In this document: positions 7,922 through 18,292 of the stretch, piece by piece
How the letters are laid out: every line of letters begins with the position of its first letter
Numbering within the stretch: the first letter of the stretch is position 1
Assembly: GCA_050331735.1 (NCBI GenBank)
Contig: JBHJGN010000065.1
Location: 1 to 34,738, forward strand
Direction of reading: 5' to 3'
From: Cyanophyceae cyanobacterium
GTDB taxonomy: Bacteria; Cyanobacteriota; Cyanobacteriia; Cyanobacteriales; JBHJGN01
Length of the DNA stretch: 34,738 bases
The notes under the pieces: generated by a model
What the model saw: the letters and a program-made list of their open reading frames with translations, nothing else
Told to the model about the DNA's origin: nothing
Database searches by the model: none
Position numbers and translations under genes: made by a program

Positions 7922-10037
7922 ATGTCCCCTCAATCTAGACAATCTGCCAAAATCCGCGACGAACTGATCGATGCCCTCCGCCTCGATCTCATCGGTCCTA
8001 CCCCCGATGATACTCTCCACGATGATGAAGAACTCGATCGCGAACCGAGTCGCTGGTATCTCTCCGGTTTCCTCGTTCCCTACGAAGCCAAATTTAGCGA
8101 TCGCACTGACCCCACCGCCGACGATGAAGTTAACAGTCCTATCGAAGACAAAAGCGACGACGATCCGGTTCCAGAATCAAACTCTGCCCGTAAAGTTAGC
8201 TTCCCCTCCTCAATGGGGCTGAGTTTCCTCGTCAGTACCGACACTACTCAACTCGAAGTAACCGTTACCTGGGGCGACTACGAACCCCGATCGCAAGATA
8301 GCGATACCCCAGAAGCAACACCCGCCACCGACAAAAGCCGTAACTCCCTGCGGAACGATGCGATCTGGTGTCGAATCCCCCGCCGCGAACCCCTCACCGT
8401 CGATATCCCTAACCGCAGCAAACCTCGATCGATAGAAATTCCTAACAGTGGGGGACTCCAGCTTGTTATCTCCGTCAGCCCCGTCTCCCAAATTAGCCAT
8501 CTCCCTGCCGGAACCCGTACCGTCTCACTCTTCCTAGTCAATCACCGCCTGCCTGCCGAAGGGGAAAGCCGCGATCGCGCCTATGCTTCTCAAACCGCTC
8601 TAACGGTTCGCAGCCGCACCAGTTTTATCCCCCGTCCCGATCCGCGAGGACGCGACACCCAAGACCGCGACGAAGGCATCGCCTACCTGCAATACCGCGA
8701 TTCCTATGAATTTGCCGTTGGTCATAACGTTTCTGCCTGGGACGAAAGGAGTGGCGATCGCTGCACCACCATCGGCACTACCTGGATTCCCCGCGCCGCA
8801 TCCGAAAATTGTTGCCTCCACCGCCACCGTTCGCCGGGCAGAGTCCCAGATTCAAGCCCTTTTTGGGCGCACCCAAGTCGATATTTTCCCGCCTCCTGGA
8901 CCGAACCGCCGCGATTCCTTCTTTGCTCTCACCGCCCCAGTTGCAGAACGTAACCCGCGTACCTACCTCGGTATTGCCGCTCAGGGTCGCAGCTTAAAGG
9001 TGGTGCTGTTGAGGGTCTATCTCGCTCTGCTCGGAGCCGTACAGAAAGCCTGGGAACGAGAAGGCGGCAAGAGAAACCTTAAAAATCCTGCCGATCCCTA
9101 TATGACGCTACTTGGTTACTTTAATGCCCTGCGGGAGCTAGGCGGCAGCCGTCGCATAGTAGAAGATGAAATCAACGCTCGCTTGCAGAATTACGGCAAC
9201 CGCATCCGCCTTGACGAAGCTGAAGGCAGTTTCGCCAATCGCACGATCGCCAATGAACCTGTCGAACTCACCTCCCGCGTTAGCACCGACCGGGTAGCAA
9301 AAGCCAAGCACCGTCTATCGTTAACCTTTGACAATTGCGATCGCGTTGATGTTGCCCTCGCTACCAACATGATTTCCGTTGGTCTGGATATCGATCGCCT
9401 GGGGTTGATGGTCGTCCTCGGTCAACCGAAAACGGCTGCCGAATATATTCAAAGTACCAGCCGCGTCGGTCGAGATGAAACTCGCCCTGGGCTCGTTGTG
9501 ACTCTGCTTAACGTGCATCGTCCCCGCGATCGCTCCCACTACGAACACTTCACCGCATGGCATGATGCTTTTTATCGCGCGGTTGAAGCTACGAGCGTCA
9601 CGCCATTTTCCCCTCGCGCTCTCGATCGCGGTCTAGCCGGAGTCACGGTTGCCTTAGCCCGTCTTAGCTGTTCTCATCTAACGCCAGCCTTAGCCGCCGC
9701 CAACATAGTTGAGCACCGCGACGAACTAGAGTTTGTGGCAGAATCGCTAGGCGATCGGGCGGTTTCTCATCAAAAAAACCTAGATCGGTCGAGTGAATCC
9801 TGGCTTCGCTTTCAGGTTGTGGGTCAGACCAAACATTTGCTCGATAAATGGAAAAACGAAGCCGAAGAACGGGGCAAACTCCAGTATCAGCGTGAGGAAG
9901 GAGGCGCAAATCCTCTCCTGCGCGACCCTCTCGACCCGGAAGAGAAAGGACACAAACTCTTTAAGGCTCAGCGCAGCCTCCGCGATGTCGAGCCAACCGT
10001 TAACCTCTGGCTGAAAAAACCAGAAGATATTGACTAA
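7922..10037 (+). pseudogene. drmA: DISARM DrmA-like SF2 helicase with the central ATPase domain deleted
   Basis: N-terminal IRDELIDALRLDLIGP...PSRWYLSGFL...YEFAVGHNVS...TTWIP is fused out of frame near 8797 to PKIVASTATVRRA...ATNMISVGLDIDRLGLM..GQPKTAAEYIQSTSRVGR (helicase C-terminal motifs). No Walker A or DExH motif is present. Confidence 0.88.
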
Positions 10038-10051
10038 ATTCATTCTTAACG

Positions 10052-11413
10052 ATGCCTACAAGGAAGAACGTCAAACCCCACGGCGAAGTTCGTCGCAGCC
10101 AGCTCATCACTACCTTTGGCCCTGGCTCAATGGTCGATTTGCCCGATCATTCTGTCATAATCGGCGGTCTGAATCTTTGGAAGGGATATAAGCAGCATCT
10201 CATCGAAGAAACCCGCCTTGCCAGTAAGGTGAGGGACAACTTGATTAAATTTGGTCACGCTACACAAAATACCCAAATTTCTCTCTATTCTCCCCCTGCG
10301 GCTAATGATGAATTGGATACAGGCATCGAGACATTTATCTTTCCTCACTGGTTCGTCGTTCAAAAGCCAACTTCCTTCTCTCGCAACGGCAAAGATTACC
10401 AGTCCCGTCCCCTACTGCCTTACAAACGATTGATTAACGGTAAATACGAGGATAGCAATCGTCAAAAACATGCCGTCGTTCCTGTGCGATTTGTGCAGGC
10501 TTGTCCGAACGGACACCTGAGCGATATCGACTGGTATCGGTTCGTCAACCCCGACTGCCGCAGCAACTGCCCCGAACAGCTATATCTCGAAGAAGGCGGT
10601 ACGGGCAATGATTTTTCTGATATTTTTGTGTACTGCCAAAAATGTAAAAAACGTCGTCCGCTCTCGGATGCCAAACTTCCGAACGTTCCAAATCTCGGCT
10701 ATTGTCACGGCAATATGCCTTGGCTAGGCTTTAAAGTCAAAGAAGAATGCAGTCAACCTGATAACAACAAGCCTATAGCAAATCGGCTGTTGGTGCGCTC
10801 CGCGAGTAACGCCTATTTCGGGCAGATCCTCAGTGCTATTTCGATACCCGATACTAACCAAGCTTTAAAAGATGCAGTCACGCAAGTTTATGAAAAGTAT
10901 TTGAAAGAAGCTGATTCAGAAGATATTAGTTACTTCCGCAGCAAGTTACCAGAGGTACGAGAAGCGCTAGAGCAGTTTGAGGATGCAGCGATTTACGCTG
11001 AGGTAAAACGCCGCCGTTCAGGAACCTCAGAAGACAACAGCCAACCGATCAAGCAGCTTGAACTCGAAGTGCTGTTAAACGACGGCGAGCAGGGTATAGA
11101 CGAACCCGACAGTAACTTCTATGCCGAACAGCGATCGCTGCCCAAACTCCCTAATATCCTTCAAGGACGGCTCAACCGTATTGTTCTCGTCAAGCGCTTG
11201 CGTGAGGTGATTGCTCTGATCGGCTTCACTCGTTTTGAACCGATTAACACCGACATTGATGGCGAACTGCCTGAAGAGGCGATCGACCTGCGGGTGGGAC
11301 TTGCCAAACTCAACTACGAGGTTACCTGGGTTCCCGCTGTTGAAAATAAGGGCGAGGGGGTATTTATCTCCTTTAATGTCGAGGCGATTAAAACTTGGCA
11401 GGGTCGGTCTGCC
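10052..11413 (+). pseudogene. drmB: DISARM DrmB-like protein, 3'-truncated (no DUF1998 C-terminus)
   Basis: GEVRRSQLITTFGPGSMVDLP, PVRFVQACPNGHLSDIDW, RSASNAYF, RLREVIALIGFTR and ENKGEGVFI. It runs into ISAs1 sequence at about 11413. Confidence 0.85.
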
Positions 11414-11750
11414 TGCTTCAGCCAGACTTGCTTGCTCAATCCATAGGTTTCAATGTCTTCCCAACCTTTGGCTCCCGCAATGACTGCTAGAATACTAACC
11501 ATTCGTATGTCCATCAATTCATGGGCACGGCTACGCTCTACTCGTGGATCTTCAATCTCGCTAAAATATTCCTTGAAGGAGCCGCCCACTTCACCGATGC
11601 TTGCTGTGTTGCTGCTCCTATTGACCTTTAGAGTGGGCGCTTGGGCAAATCCTTGTTTCACGTGCGTGATTCCGTAGATAAGTGTTGCTCTTCACTCTAA
11701 CGGATTTCTCTTCCCCTATTTTTCCTGAATCTTTAGATGCGCTTACTCTG
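11413..11750 (-). mobile_element. ISAs1-family element, left end plus transposase N-terminus only
   Basis: YFSEIEDPRVERSRAHELMDI...AVIAGAKGWEDIETYGLSKQVWLKQ. Putative terminal IR CAGAGTAAGCGCATCTAAA ends at 11750. Confidence 0.85.
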
Positions 11751-11783
11751 GGTTTGGGGTTTTCTGTTTGCTGGCTCTTACAG

Positions 11784-12152
11784 GTAGATAGCGACGATTT
11801 GGCTCTAGTAGCAGCAGAAACTTTACGCCATCCAGAACAACACGCGGGTAAGATATATCCTCTCGGTTACGACACCGCAACTATGTCCGAAGTAGCCGAA
11901 TTTTTAACCGAAGTAATCGGTCAACCCTATCGAGTTGAAAATCATTCTCCAGACGAATTTTTAGCAAATATGCTCGAATTAGGAGCAGAACCAATTTATA
12001 TTCACTGTGTCTACACTCAGTTCAAACTCAATATTGCCAACAAAATTCCTAACGCAGATGCTACATTTAACAACTTTGAAGCCATTACAAGACGTAAACC
12101 TACTAGCTGGCGAGAGTTTGTCGCTAAGAATCACCAGCAATTGCAGTACTAA
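11784..12152 (+). pseudogene. C-terminal fragment of an NmrA/SDR-like NAD(P)-binding protein
   Basis: VDSDDLALVAAETLRHPEQHAGKIYPL...FEAITRRKPTSWREFV. The N-terminal Rossmann part is missing; the upstream part of ORF 11682 is IS DNA. Confidence 0.75.
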
Positions 12153-12431
12153 ATATTGACAGTTTTTTGCTCAAGTTGTTTGCTTGACGTTTTGTATTTA
12201 AAAAAATAGTCTTTCAAACACATCTAATCAACTGACAATAAAACGTCTTGGAAATTTGTCATTTTGGTGTCACATTTATCAGCTAAGTATAAAAAAGTTA
12301 ATTAAAATCAACAAACTGTAAAAATCAAACGAGAGACAGGTAGCGATCGCGATTCAAATTCGGAACAATAGGGTCAAAAATCTTTCTTGGCATAAAAGCA
12401 CTCATTCTTCATCTACCCAATTACCTCAATT

Positions 12432-13823
12432 ATGTCTTCTGTTAACAATCCACCCCAGCCGTCGCCAGAATCAGAACCGGATGTTCAAAAAAGCCCGACA
12501 GAAGAGCTGCACAAGCCAAAAGAAAACAGAAGTAAACTATTTGGCTGGCTATTAGCAACTCTGTCGTTAGGAGGAGGCGGTGTTGCTTTATGGCAGACCC
12601 TTATTTCTAACTCTGCACCTGTCGCTCAAACCGCTACACAAACACCACCACCCACAGCCGTAACAACCGTTGCTTTAACTCCTGGTACGGGTAACAGACA
12701 GGTAAGGCTATTAGGTCAGGTAGAAGCAGGGGAAAGAGCCACCCTTAGTCCCCAAATTGACGGTAAGGTACGGCAAGTTTTAGTCAGAGAGGGCGATCGC
12801 CTTACTCCAGGTATGACTGTAGCAATACTAGATGATGCCGATTCTCGATTAGCTTTAGCCGAGGCAGAAGCGAGATTGGCACAGGAAAGAGGTAATCTGG
12901 CTAGGTTGCAGGTTGGTACTCGTCCCGAAATCATTGCCCAACGTCAGGCAGAATTAAATGCAGCCAGAGCCAGAGAAGCAGAAGCGAGAGATAACCTTGA
13001 AAGAGTATCGGGTTTGACAGCACAAGGTGCATTATCCCGCAGAGCTTTAGTCGAAGCTAGAGCCGAAGCAGATGCAGCCAGAAGCGAACAATATCGCGTT
13101 GCCGCCTTACTCGCCGAAGCTGAAGCAGGATTTACCCAAGAAGAAATAGATGCTCAAGAAGGTTTGGTTGCAGCAGCCCAAGCAGCCGTCAGACAAGCGG
13201 AATTAGCGATGCAGCGCACCGAAATTAAAGCCGCCTTTTCAGGAATTGTTCAATCGCGAGATGTCGATCCTGGGGATTATGTAGAAGTAAACGATCCGGT
13301 TTTAACTATGGTTAGCGATCGCACTCTCGATATCTTTTTAGAAGTGCCAGAAAGCCTTAGCGGACAAGTCGCTCCAGGAATGCGGGTTAGCTTAAACGCC
13401 AGAGCGTTACCTAACTGGCAACAGGAAACAACCATCACCGCAGTAGTCCCCACAGCTAACACGTCCTCTCGCCGACAGTTAGTTAGAGTCAGCTTAGATA
13501 ATCCGCCCCCAGAATTATTACCAGGAATGGCAATTCAGGCAAATCTAGCTCTACCAACAGACAACACGAACACTCTTATCGTACCCAGAGATGCTCTAAC
13601 GAGAAGAGATAATGAATGGCTGTTGTTTGTGGTGAATGACGATCGGGCACAGCAGGTAGCTGTAGAAATGGTTGCAGATATGGGGCAAGAGGTAGCTATA
13701 GCTAATCCCCAACTACAGGCAGGACAAAACATTGTCGTTATGGGCGGAGATGGTTTAACCGACAACGCAGCAGTACAAGTAGTAGGGGCGAATGGTGCGC
13801 CCTCTTCCAATGACCAATGGTAG
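12432..13823 (+). CDS. RND efflux periplasmic adaptor (MFP)
   Basis: N-terminal TM, SPQIDGKVRQVLVREGD lipoyl half, long coiled coil, IKAAFSGIV, LLPGM and VPRDAL. Confidence 0.92.
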   Translation: MSSVNNPPQPSPESEPDVQKSPTEELHKPKENRSKLFGWLLATLSLGGGGVALWQTLISNSAPVAQTATQTPPPTAVTTVALTPGTGNRQVRLLGQVEAGERATLSPQIDGKVRQVLVREGDRLTPGMTVAILDDADSRLALAEAEARLAQERGNLARLQVGTRPEIIAQRQAELNAARAREAEARDNLERVSGLTAQGALSRRALVEARAEADAARSEQYRVAALLAEAEAGFTQEEIDAQEGLVAAAQAAVRQAELAMQRTEIKAAFSGIVQSRDVDPGDYVEVNDPVLTMVSDRTLDIFLEVPESLSGQVAPGMRVSLNARALPNWQQETTITAVVPTANTSSRRQLVRVSLDNPPPELLPGMAIQANLALPTDNTNTLIVPRDALTRRDNEWLLFVVNDDRAQQVAVEMVADMGQEVAIANPQLQAGQNIVVMGGDGLTDNAAVQVVGANGAPSSNDQW

Positions 13824-13984
13824 ATTACTAATATTTATGTTTGATTTTATTTCAAAATATCATGTTGGAAAGTAAACCCCAAATTCCTGTCAGCGTTAAT
13901 TGTTAATAAATGCGCTCGCCATAGCTAAAGCTATTACGACAAACAGTATTGAAAAAACCCATTTAATCAGGAGTAAACTAGCAA

Positions 13985-14398
13985 ATGAAATATCTTCCCC
14001 TAGCTGCCCGCATTTGTCTTTGTATCATTTTTATTAATTCTGGAATCGGTAAAATCTTTGGCTTTTCTGGCACTGCATCAATGATGGCTGAACAAGGTTT
14101 ACCTATCCCAGGGATTTTGTTGATCTTCACCATTGCTTTTCAATTACTCGGCGGTCTTTCTTTACTATTTGGTTACAAAATTAGAATCGGTTCTTTGCTG
14201 CTAATTTTATTTCTGATTCCCGCAACTTTAGTATTTCACAATCCCATTGGTAATCCAAACGAAGTTAATGCTTTTCTCAAAAACATCGGCTTAATTGGCG
14301 GATTGCTGATGACTATGTATGCTGGCGCGGGTGCATTGGCTATAGATACTGCTGCCGAGAAAACACAACGCCGACAAGAAGTAACCACTAATCACTAG
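13985..14398 (+). CDS. DoxX-family membrane protein
   Basis: ARICLCIIFINSGIGKI...FLIPATLVFH...FLKNIGLIGGLL...GAGALAID. Confidence 0.88.
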   Translation: MKYLPLAARICLCIIFINSGIGKIFGFSGTASMMAEQGLPIPGILLIFTIAFQLLGGLSLLFGYKIRIGSLLLILFLIPATLVFHNPIGNPNEVNAFLKNIGLIGGLLMTMYAGAGALAIDTAAEKTQRRQEVTTNH

Positions 14399-14410
14399 CA
14401 ACTAATAACA

Positions 14411-17400
14411 ATGAGCTTAATCAGAACCGCCGTGCGTTGGCGACACGGTACAGGGGTATTATTTTGCTTGCTCGCTTTATTTGGTATTTTGGCATTATTC
14501 CAATTACCCTTGGAACTACAGCCAGGAGGCGATCGCCCTGAAATCAGTATTACTACTGCTTATTTGGGGGCTTCTCCCGCCGAAGTAGAAGATTTAGTCA
14601 CTCGTCCTATTGAAGAAAGACTCGAAGAGGTACAGGGAGTACAGGAAATTACCAGTACCAGTAGTGCGGGAGTTAGTACGATTAATGTGGAGTTTGACTG
14701 GGGTAGCGATATTAATCGCTCTTTGGTAGATGTTTTAACTAAGCTACAGCAAGTGGAAGCACTACCAACTGAAGCAGATGAATCGGATGTGGAAGTAGTA
14801 AGCGGCAGCAGCGACCCGATGATGTGGGTCATTTTAACCCCTAAAGAGGGTTTTACCCCTGACGATAACCACTACCGAGATTTAGTTGATGATGTAGTCG
14901 TACCTCGCTTCCGTCAAGTACAGGGGGTAGGACAGTTTTTAGTCTCTGGCGGCAGAGAAAGAGAAGTAGAGGTAATTGTCGATCCCAAAGCCTTAGCTGA
15001 TCGCAATCTTACCATTGGAGATGTGGCTGCTACCCTCCGTAACAACAACCGAGATATTCGCGGTGGTCCTTTGGTGTTAGGACGCAGAGAATATAGAGTG
15101 AGGACGATTAGCCGTATTGATGATGTAGAACAATTAGAAAGCTTTGTCCTGCGTCGGGATGAGTCGGGGACAGTTTATCTGGGAGATGTGGCCCAAGCGC
15201 GGATCGGGAGAGCCATCCAAGATCGAGCATTAATTAGAGATGACCAGCCTGCTGTAGCTGTGGGAATCATTCGCCAAGTAGGAGGCAACGTACCCGAAAT
15301 ATCGGCAGGAATCAGAGAAGCATTAGTCGATTTAGCAGCCAGATTCGATCGCGAGGGAGAAGGGATTACCTTTGATATTACCTACGATGAAAATGATTAC
15401 ATTAACCAGTCGATCGCTTTTGTGCAGGGTAATTTAATTATCGGTGCGATTTTAGCCGCTTTAGTATTAATGTTATTCCTTGGTTCGTTGAGAACGGTTG
15501 GGGTAATTGCGATCGCCATTCCTACTACTTTAATTACCGTTTTTATTGTCTTCTATCTATTAGGACGTACCCTGAACGTTATTAGTTTAGCGGGGTTGGC
15601 TTTTGCGGTGGGGATGGTGGTAGATAACGCCATTGTAGTGTTAGAAAACGTTTTTACTCACATGCAAAAGGGTAAAACACCGATGAAAGCTGCGATCGAT
15701 GGGACGCAGGAAGTAGGTGGCGCGATGCTAGCTTCTACCTTAACCACCGTAGCCGTATTTGCCCCGATTGTATTAGTTACGGGGGAAGCGGGACAACTAT
15801 TTTTCGATATTGGGATTGCTCTTTCCGCCTCGGTCATGTTTTCTCTGTTTGCAGCCTTAACCCTCATTCCCATGTTGGCGGGACTGTTTCTCAAGCGAAC
15901 TGAGGCAGACCAGATGTTGTCGGGAGGAGAATATAGGGACGGTAACTGGTTAGAGCGTGCCGTTCGCCAAATAACAGCAACTTTTCGCTTATTTCAAGCT
16001 AAATTAGAGGATTTTATGTTAAAAGCCGTCCGTTGGTCGTTAGGAAGAGGTAGATTAAAACGCCGTTTATTAGTTCTCGCACTTCCCATACTCTTGTTAA
16101 TTACCAGCTTCAAACTTTTACCCCCCGCAGACTACCTCCCCGAAGGAAACCGCAACCTCGTTCTCTGGTTAGCCGAACCCTTCCCAGGTACGAGTATTCC
16201 CGAAGCGGTGGAACTATCCCAAGCACCCAGAGACTTTATTAGTCAACAACCAGAAATTATGCGTACCCTATACGTACATCGTTCTGGTTTTAGAGCCGTT
16301 CTTGCTTTTGTCGAACCAGAATTAGCGACAGGTAATCATTTAGATTCTTTAGTAAACCGCCTGCGACAAGCAGGGGCAAATTTCCCTGGCTACCGTTTCC
16401 TCGTACCCATACGCTCCTCTATTTTTCAAGACCCTGGCAAAGAATTTGAGGTGCAGATTATTGGCGAAAACCTAGAGGAAATAGATGGACTGCAACAACA
16501 GCTTAGACAGCGAATAAGTGAGTTACCAGGCATTCTAAATGTCCGTTCCGATTTTGTTACGGGTGCGCCAGAACTACAGGTAATTCCCAACCGCGAACGT
16601 TTAGCAGAAGCCGGGTTATCGGAAGGGGAAATCGGCGACATCGTACAGGCTGCTTTAGGTGGTTTGCGCGCCTCCGAATTCGTTGATGGTCAGCGAGAAT
16701 TAGATGTTTCTGTAGAGTTACAAGATACTTTTGTCCAAAACCCCGAACAACTGCGCCAACTAGCTATTTATAATGGTTCTGGTCAAAGAGTGCAGCTATC
16801 AGATGTCTCCGAGGTAGTCGAAACGACAGGTGCAGACACCATAAACCACGTCGATTTAGAAAGATCGATTACCCTAACCGTTAGTGTAGCCAACGACGCT
16901 CCTTTAGGTGCATTAGTCGATCGCACCGAACAACAAATCCTTGCACCTTTACGTCAAGAATTGCCTCCAGGGGTGCGAGTTGAGCTAGCAGGATCGGCAG
17001 ATGTTTTAAGCGAAACCCTATTCCAGTTAGGCTCTACTTTTATTCTTTCTTTGGTAATTACCTATTTACTACTAGTCGCCTTGTATCGCTCCTTTATCTA
17101 CCCCTTACTAATCATGGTAACTGTGCCAATGGGAATGACTGGCGCATTATTATCTCTAGTAATTGCTAATTCTATCCCTGGTGTAGTTGTTCCCCTAGAT
17201 ATGATTACGGGATTGGGTTTTGTAATTTTAACCGGGGTAGTCGTGAATAACGCTATTCTTTTGGTAGATAGGGCGTTACAACTTCAAGCAGAAGGGATGG
17301 AATACGAGGCATCTTTACATTATGCCGTAGGCGATCGCCTGCGTCCTATCTTCATGTCAGCAGGAACTAGCGTACTAGGGATGTTACCCTTAGCCGTGCT

Positions 17401-17626
17401 TCCAGGGAAAGGCGCAGAACTCTATCAAGGTTTAGGCATCGCTCTCACAGGGGGTTTGGCTCTCTCTACTTTCTTCACTCCCACTGTAATACCCGCATTG
17501 ATGGGATTATTACAGGATTTTGATGCGAGTAAATCTCGTCAATCTGAAATTCAATCGCACAAACATTTAGTTTCTATCGAACAAGTCACGACGAGTTCTA
17601 TGAGTTCTATTGATAATGAGCATTGA
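14411..17626 (+). CDS. RND efflux permease (AcrB/AcrD/AcrF family)
   Basis: 1071 aa. GASPAEVEDLVTRPIE, GMVVDNAIVVLEN, RLRPIFMS, with two TM blocks. Confidence 0.95.
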   Translation: MSLIRTAVRWRHGTGVLFCLLALFGILALFQLPLELQPGGDRPEISITTAYLGASPAEVEDLVTRPIEERLEEVQGVQEITSTSSAGVSTINVEFDWGSDINRSLVDVLTKLQQVEALPTEADESDVEVVSGSSDPMMWVILTPKEGFTPDDNHYRDLVDDVVVPRFRQVQGVGQFLVSGGREREVEVIVDPKALADRNLTIGDVAATLRNNNRDIRGGPLVLGRREYRVRTISRIDDVEQLESFVLRRDESGTVYLGDVAQARIGRAIQDRALIRDDQPAVAVGIIRQVGGNVPEISAGIREALVDLAARFDREGEGITFDITYDENDYINQSIAFVQGNLIIGAILAALVLMLFLGSLRTVGVIAIAIPTTLITVFIVFYLLGRTLNVISLAGLAFAVGMVVDNAIVVLENVFTHMQKGKTPMKAAIDGTQEVGGAMLASTLTTVAVFAPIVLVTGEAGQLFFDIGIALSASVMFSLFAALTLIPMLAGLFLKRTEADQMLSGGEYRDGNWLERAVRQITATFRLFQAKLEDFMLKAVRWSLGRGRLKRRLLVLALPILLLITSFKLLPPADYLPEGNRNLVLWLAEPFPGTSIPEAVELSQAPRDFISQQPEIMRTLYVHRSGFRAVLAFVEPELATGNHLDSLVNRLRQAGANFPGYRFLVPIRSSIFQDPGKEFEVQIIGENLEEIDGLQQQLRQRISELPGILNVRSDFVTGAPELQVIPNRERLAEAGLSEGEIGDIVQAALGGLRASEFVDGQRELDVSVELQDTFVQNPEQLRQLAIYNGSGQRVQLSDVSEVVETTGADTINHVDLERSITLTVSVANDAPLGALVDRTEQQILAPLRQELPPGVRVELAGSADVLSETLFQLGSTFILSLVITYLLLVALYRSFIYPLLIMVTVPMGMTGALLSLVIANSIPGVVVPLDMITGLGFVILTGVVVNNAILLVDRALQLQAEGMEYEASLHYAVGDRLRPIFMSAGTSVLGMLPLAVLPGKGAELYQGLGIALTGGLALSTFFTPTVIPALMGLLQDFDASKSRQSEIQSHKHLVSIEQVTTSSMSSIDNEH

Positions 17627-18292
17627 TTAAGGTCGCAGGCGGTAGCCGACTCCTCTAACTGTTTCAATCATCTTATTGCCTAACTTTCTGCGCAGATGGC
17701 CAATATAAACATCCACCACGTTCGAGCCTGGATCGTAGTCGTATCCCCAAATACGATCGAGGAGCTGTTCTCGGCTCATGACCTGCATCGGATGACGCGC
17801 CAGGGTTTCTGCTAAAGTAAATTCCCGCGCCGATAGCTCAATTTCTCGCTCTCCTAGCCACACTTGCCGCGTCAGTAAATTAAGAGTCAGGTGGCCAATG
17901 TGAAGTTTAGTGTCGTCTTTAGCGGTTGGCTGATGTATTTTGCGTAACTGGACTCGTACTCTGGCCAAGAGCTCTTCAAACCGGAACGGTTTGGTAATGT
18001 AGTCATCGGCTCCGCCTTCGAGTCCCGACACCAGATCGTCTATGCCGTCCCGCGCCGTGAGCACAAGTACAGGGAGGGGTTCGCCGCGTCCGCGCAGTTG
18101 CCTGAGCACCTCCATCCCGTCCATACCGGGAAGCCCCAAATCTAGAATGAGCAGATCGAAATCCTGGCTGCTTGCCGATGCCGCTTCCTGGCCCTGGTTA
18201 GCGACAAGAGTTGTGTACCCGTGGGCTTGAAGTCCAGCTTCGATGAACTCGGCGATGCGGGGGTTGTCTTCGGCAATGAGGATTCGGCTCAT
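17627..18292 (-). CDS. OmpR-family response regulator
   Basis: MSRILIAEDN, LILDLGLPGMDG, GADDYITKPF, NVVDVYIGHLRRKL and ETVRGVGY. Start moved to ATG 18292, which has a GGAGG RBS. Confidence 0.93.
   Translation of the reverse strand: MSRILIAEDNPRIAEFIEAGLQAHGYTTLVANQGQEAASASSQDFDLLILDLGLPGMDGMEVLRQLRGRGEPLPVLVLTARDGIDDLVSGLEGGADDYITKPFRFEELLARVRVQLRKIHQPTAKDDTKLHIGHLTLNLLTRQVWLGEREIELSAREFTLAETLARHPMQVMSREQLLDRIWGYDYDPGSNVVDVYIGHLRRKLGNKMIETVRGVGYRLRP

Noticed and set aside
8646..8659. GAGGACGCGACACC, identical to one end of element copy 1 (reverse complement)
   Set aside because: No stem and no second terminus follow, and it reads as ordinary drmA coding (PRGRDT). Probably chance.
11682..11783. 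N-terminus of the 156 aa ORF
   Set aside because: It is the ISAs1 end read on the opposite strand (LDALTL is the terminal IR), not part of the NmrA-like protein.
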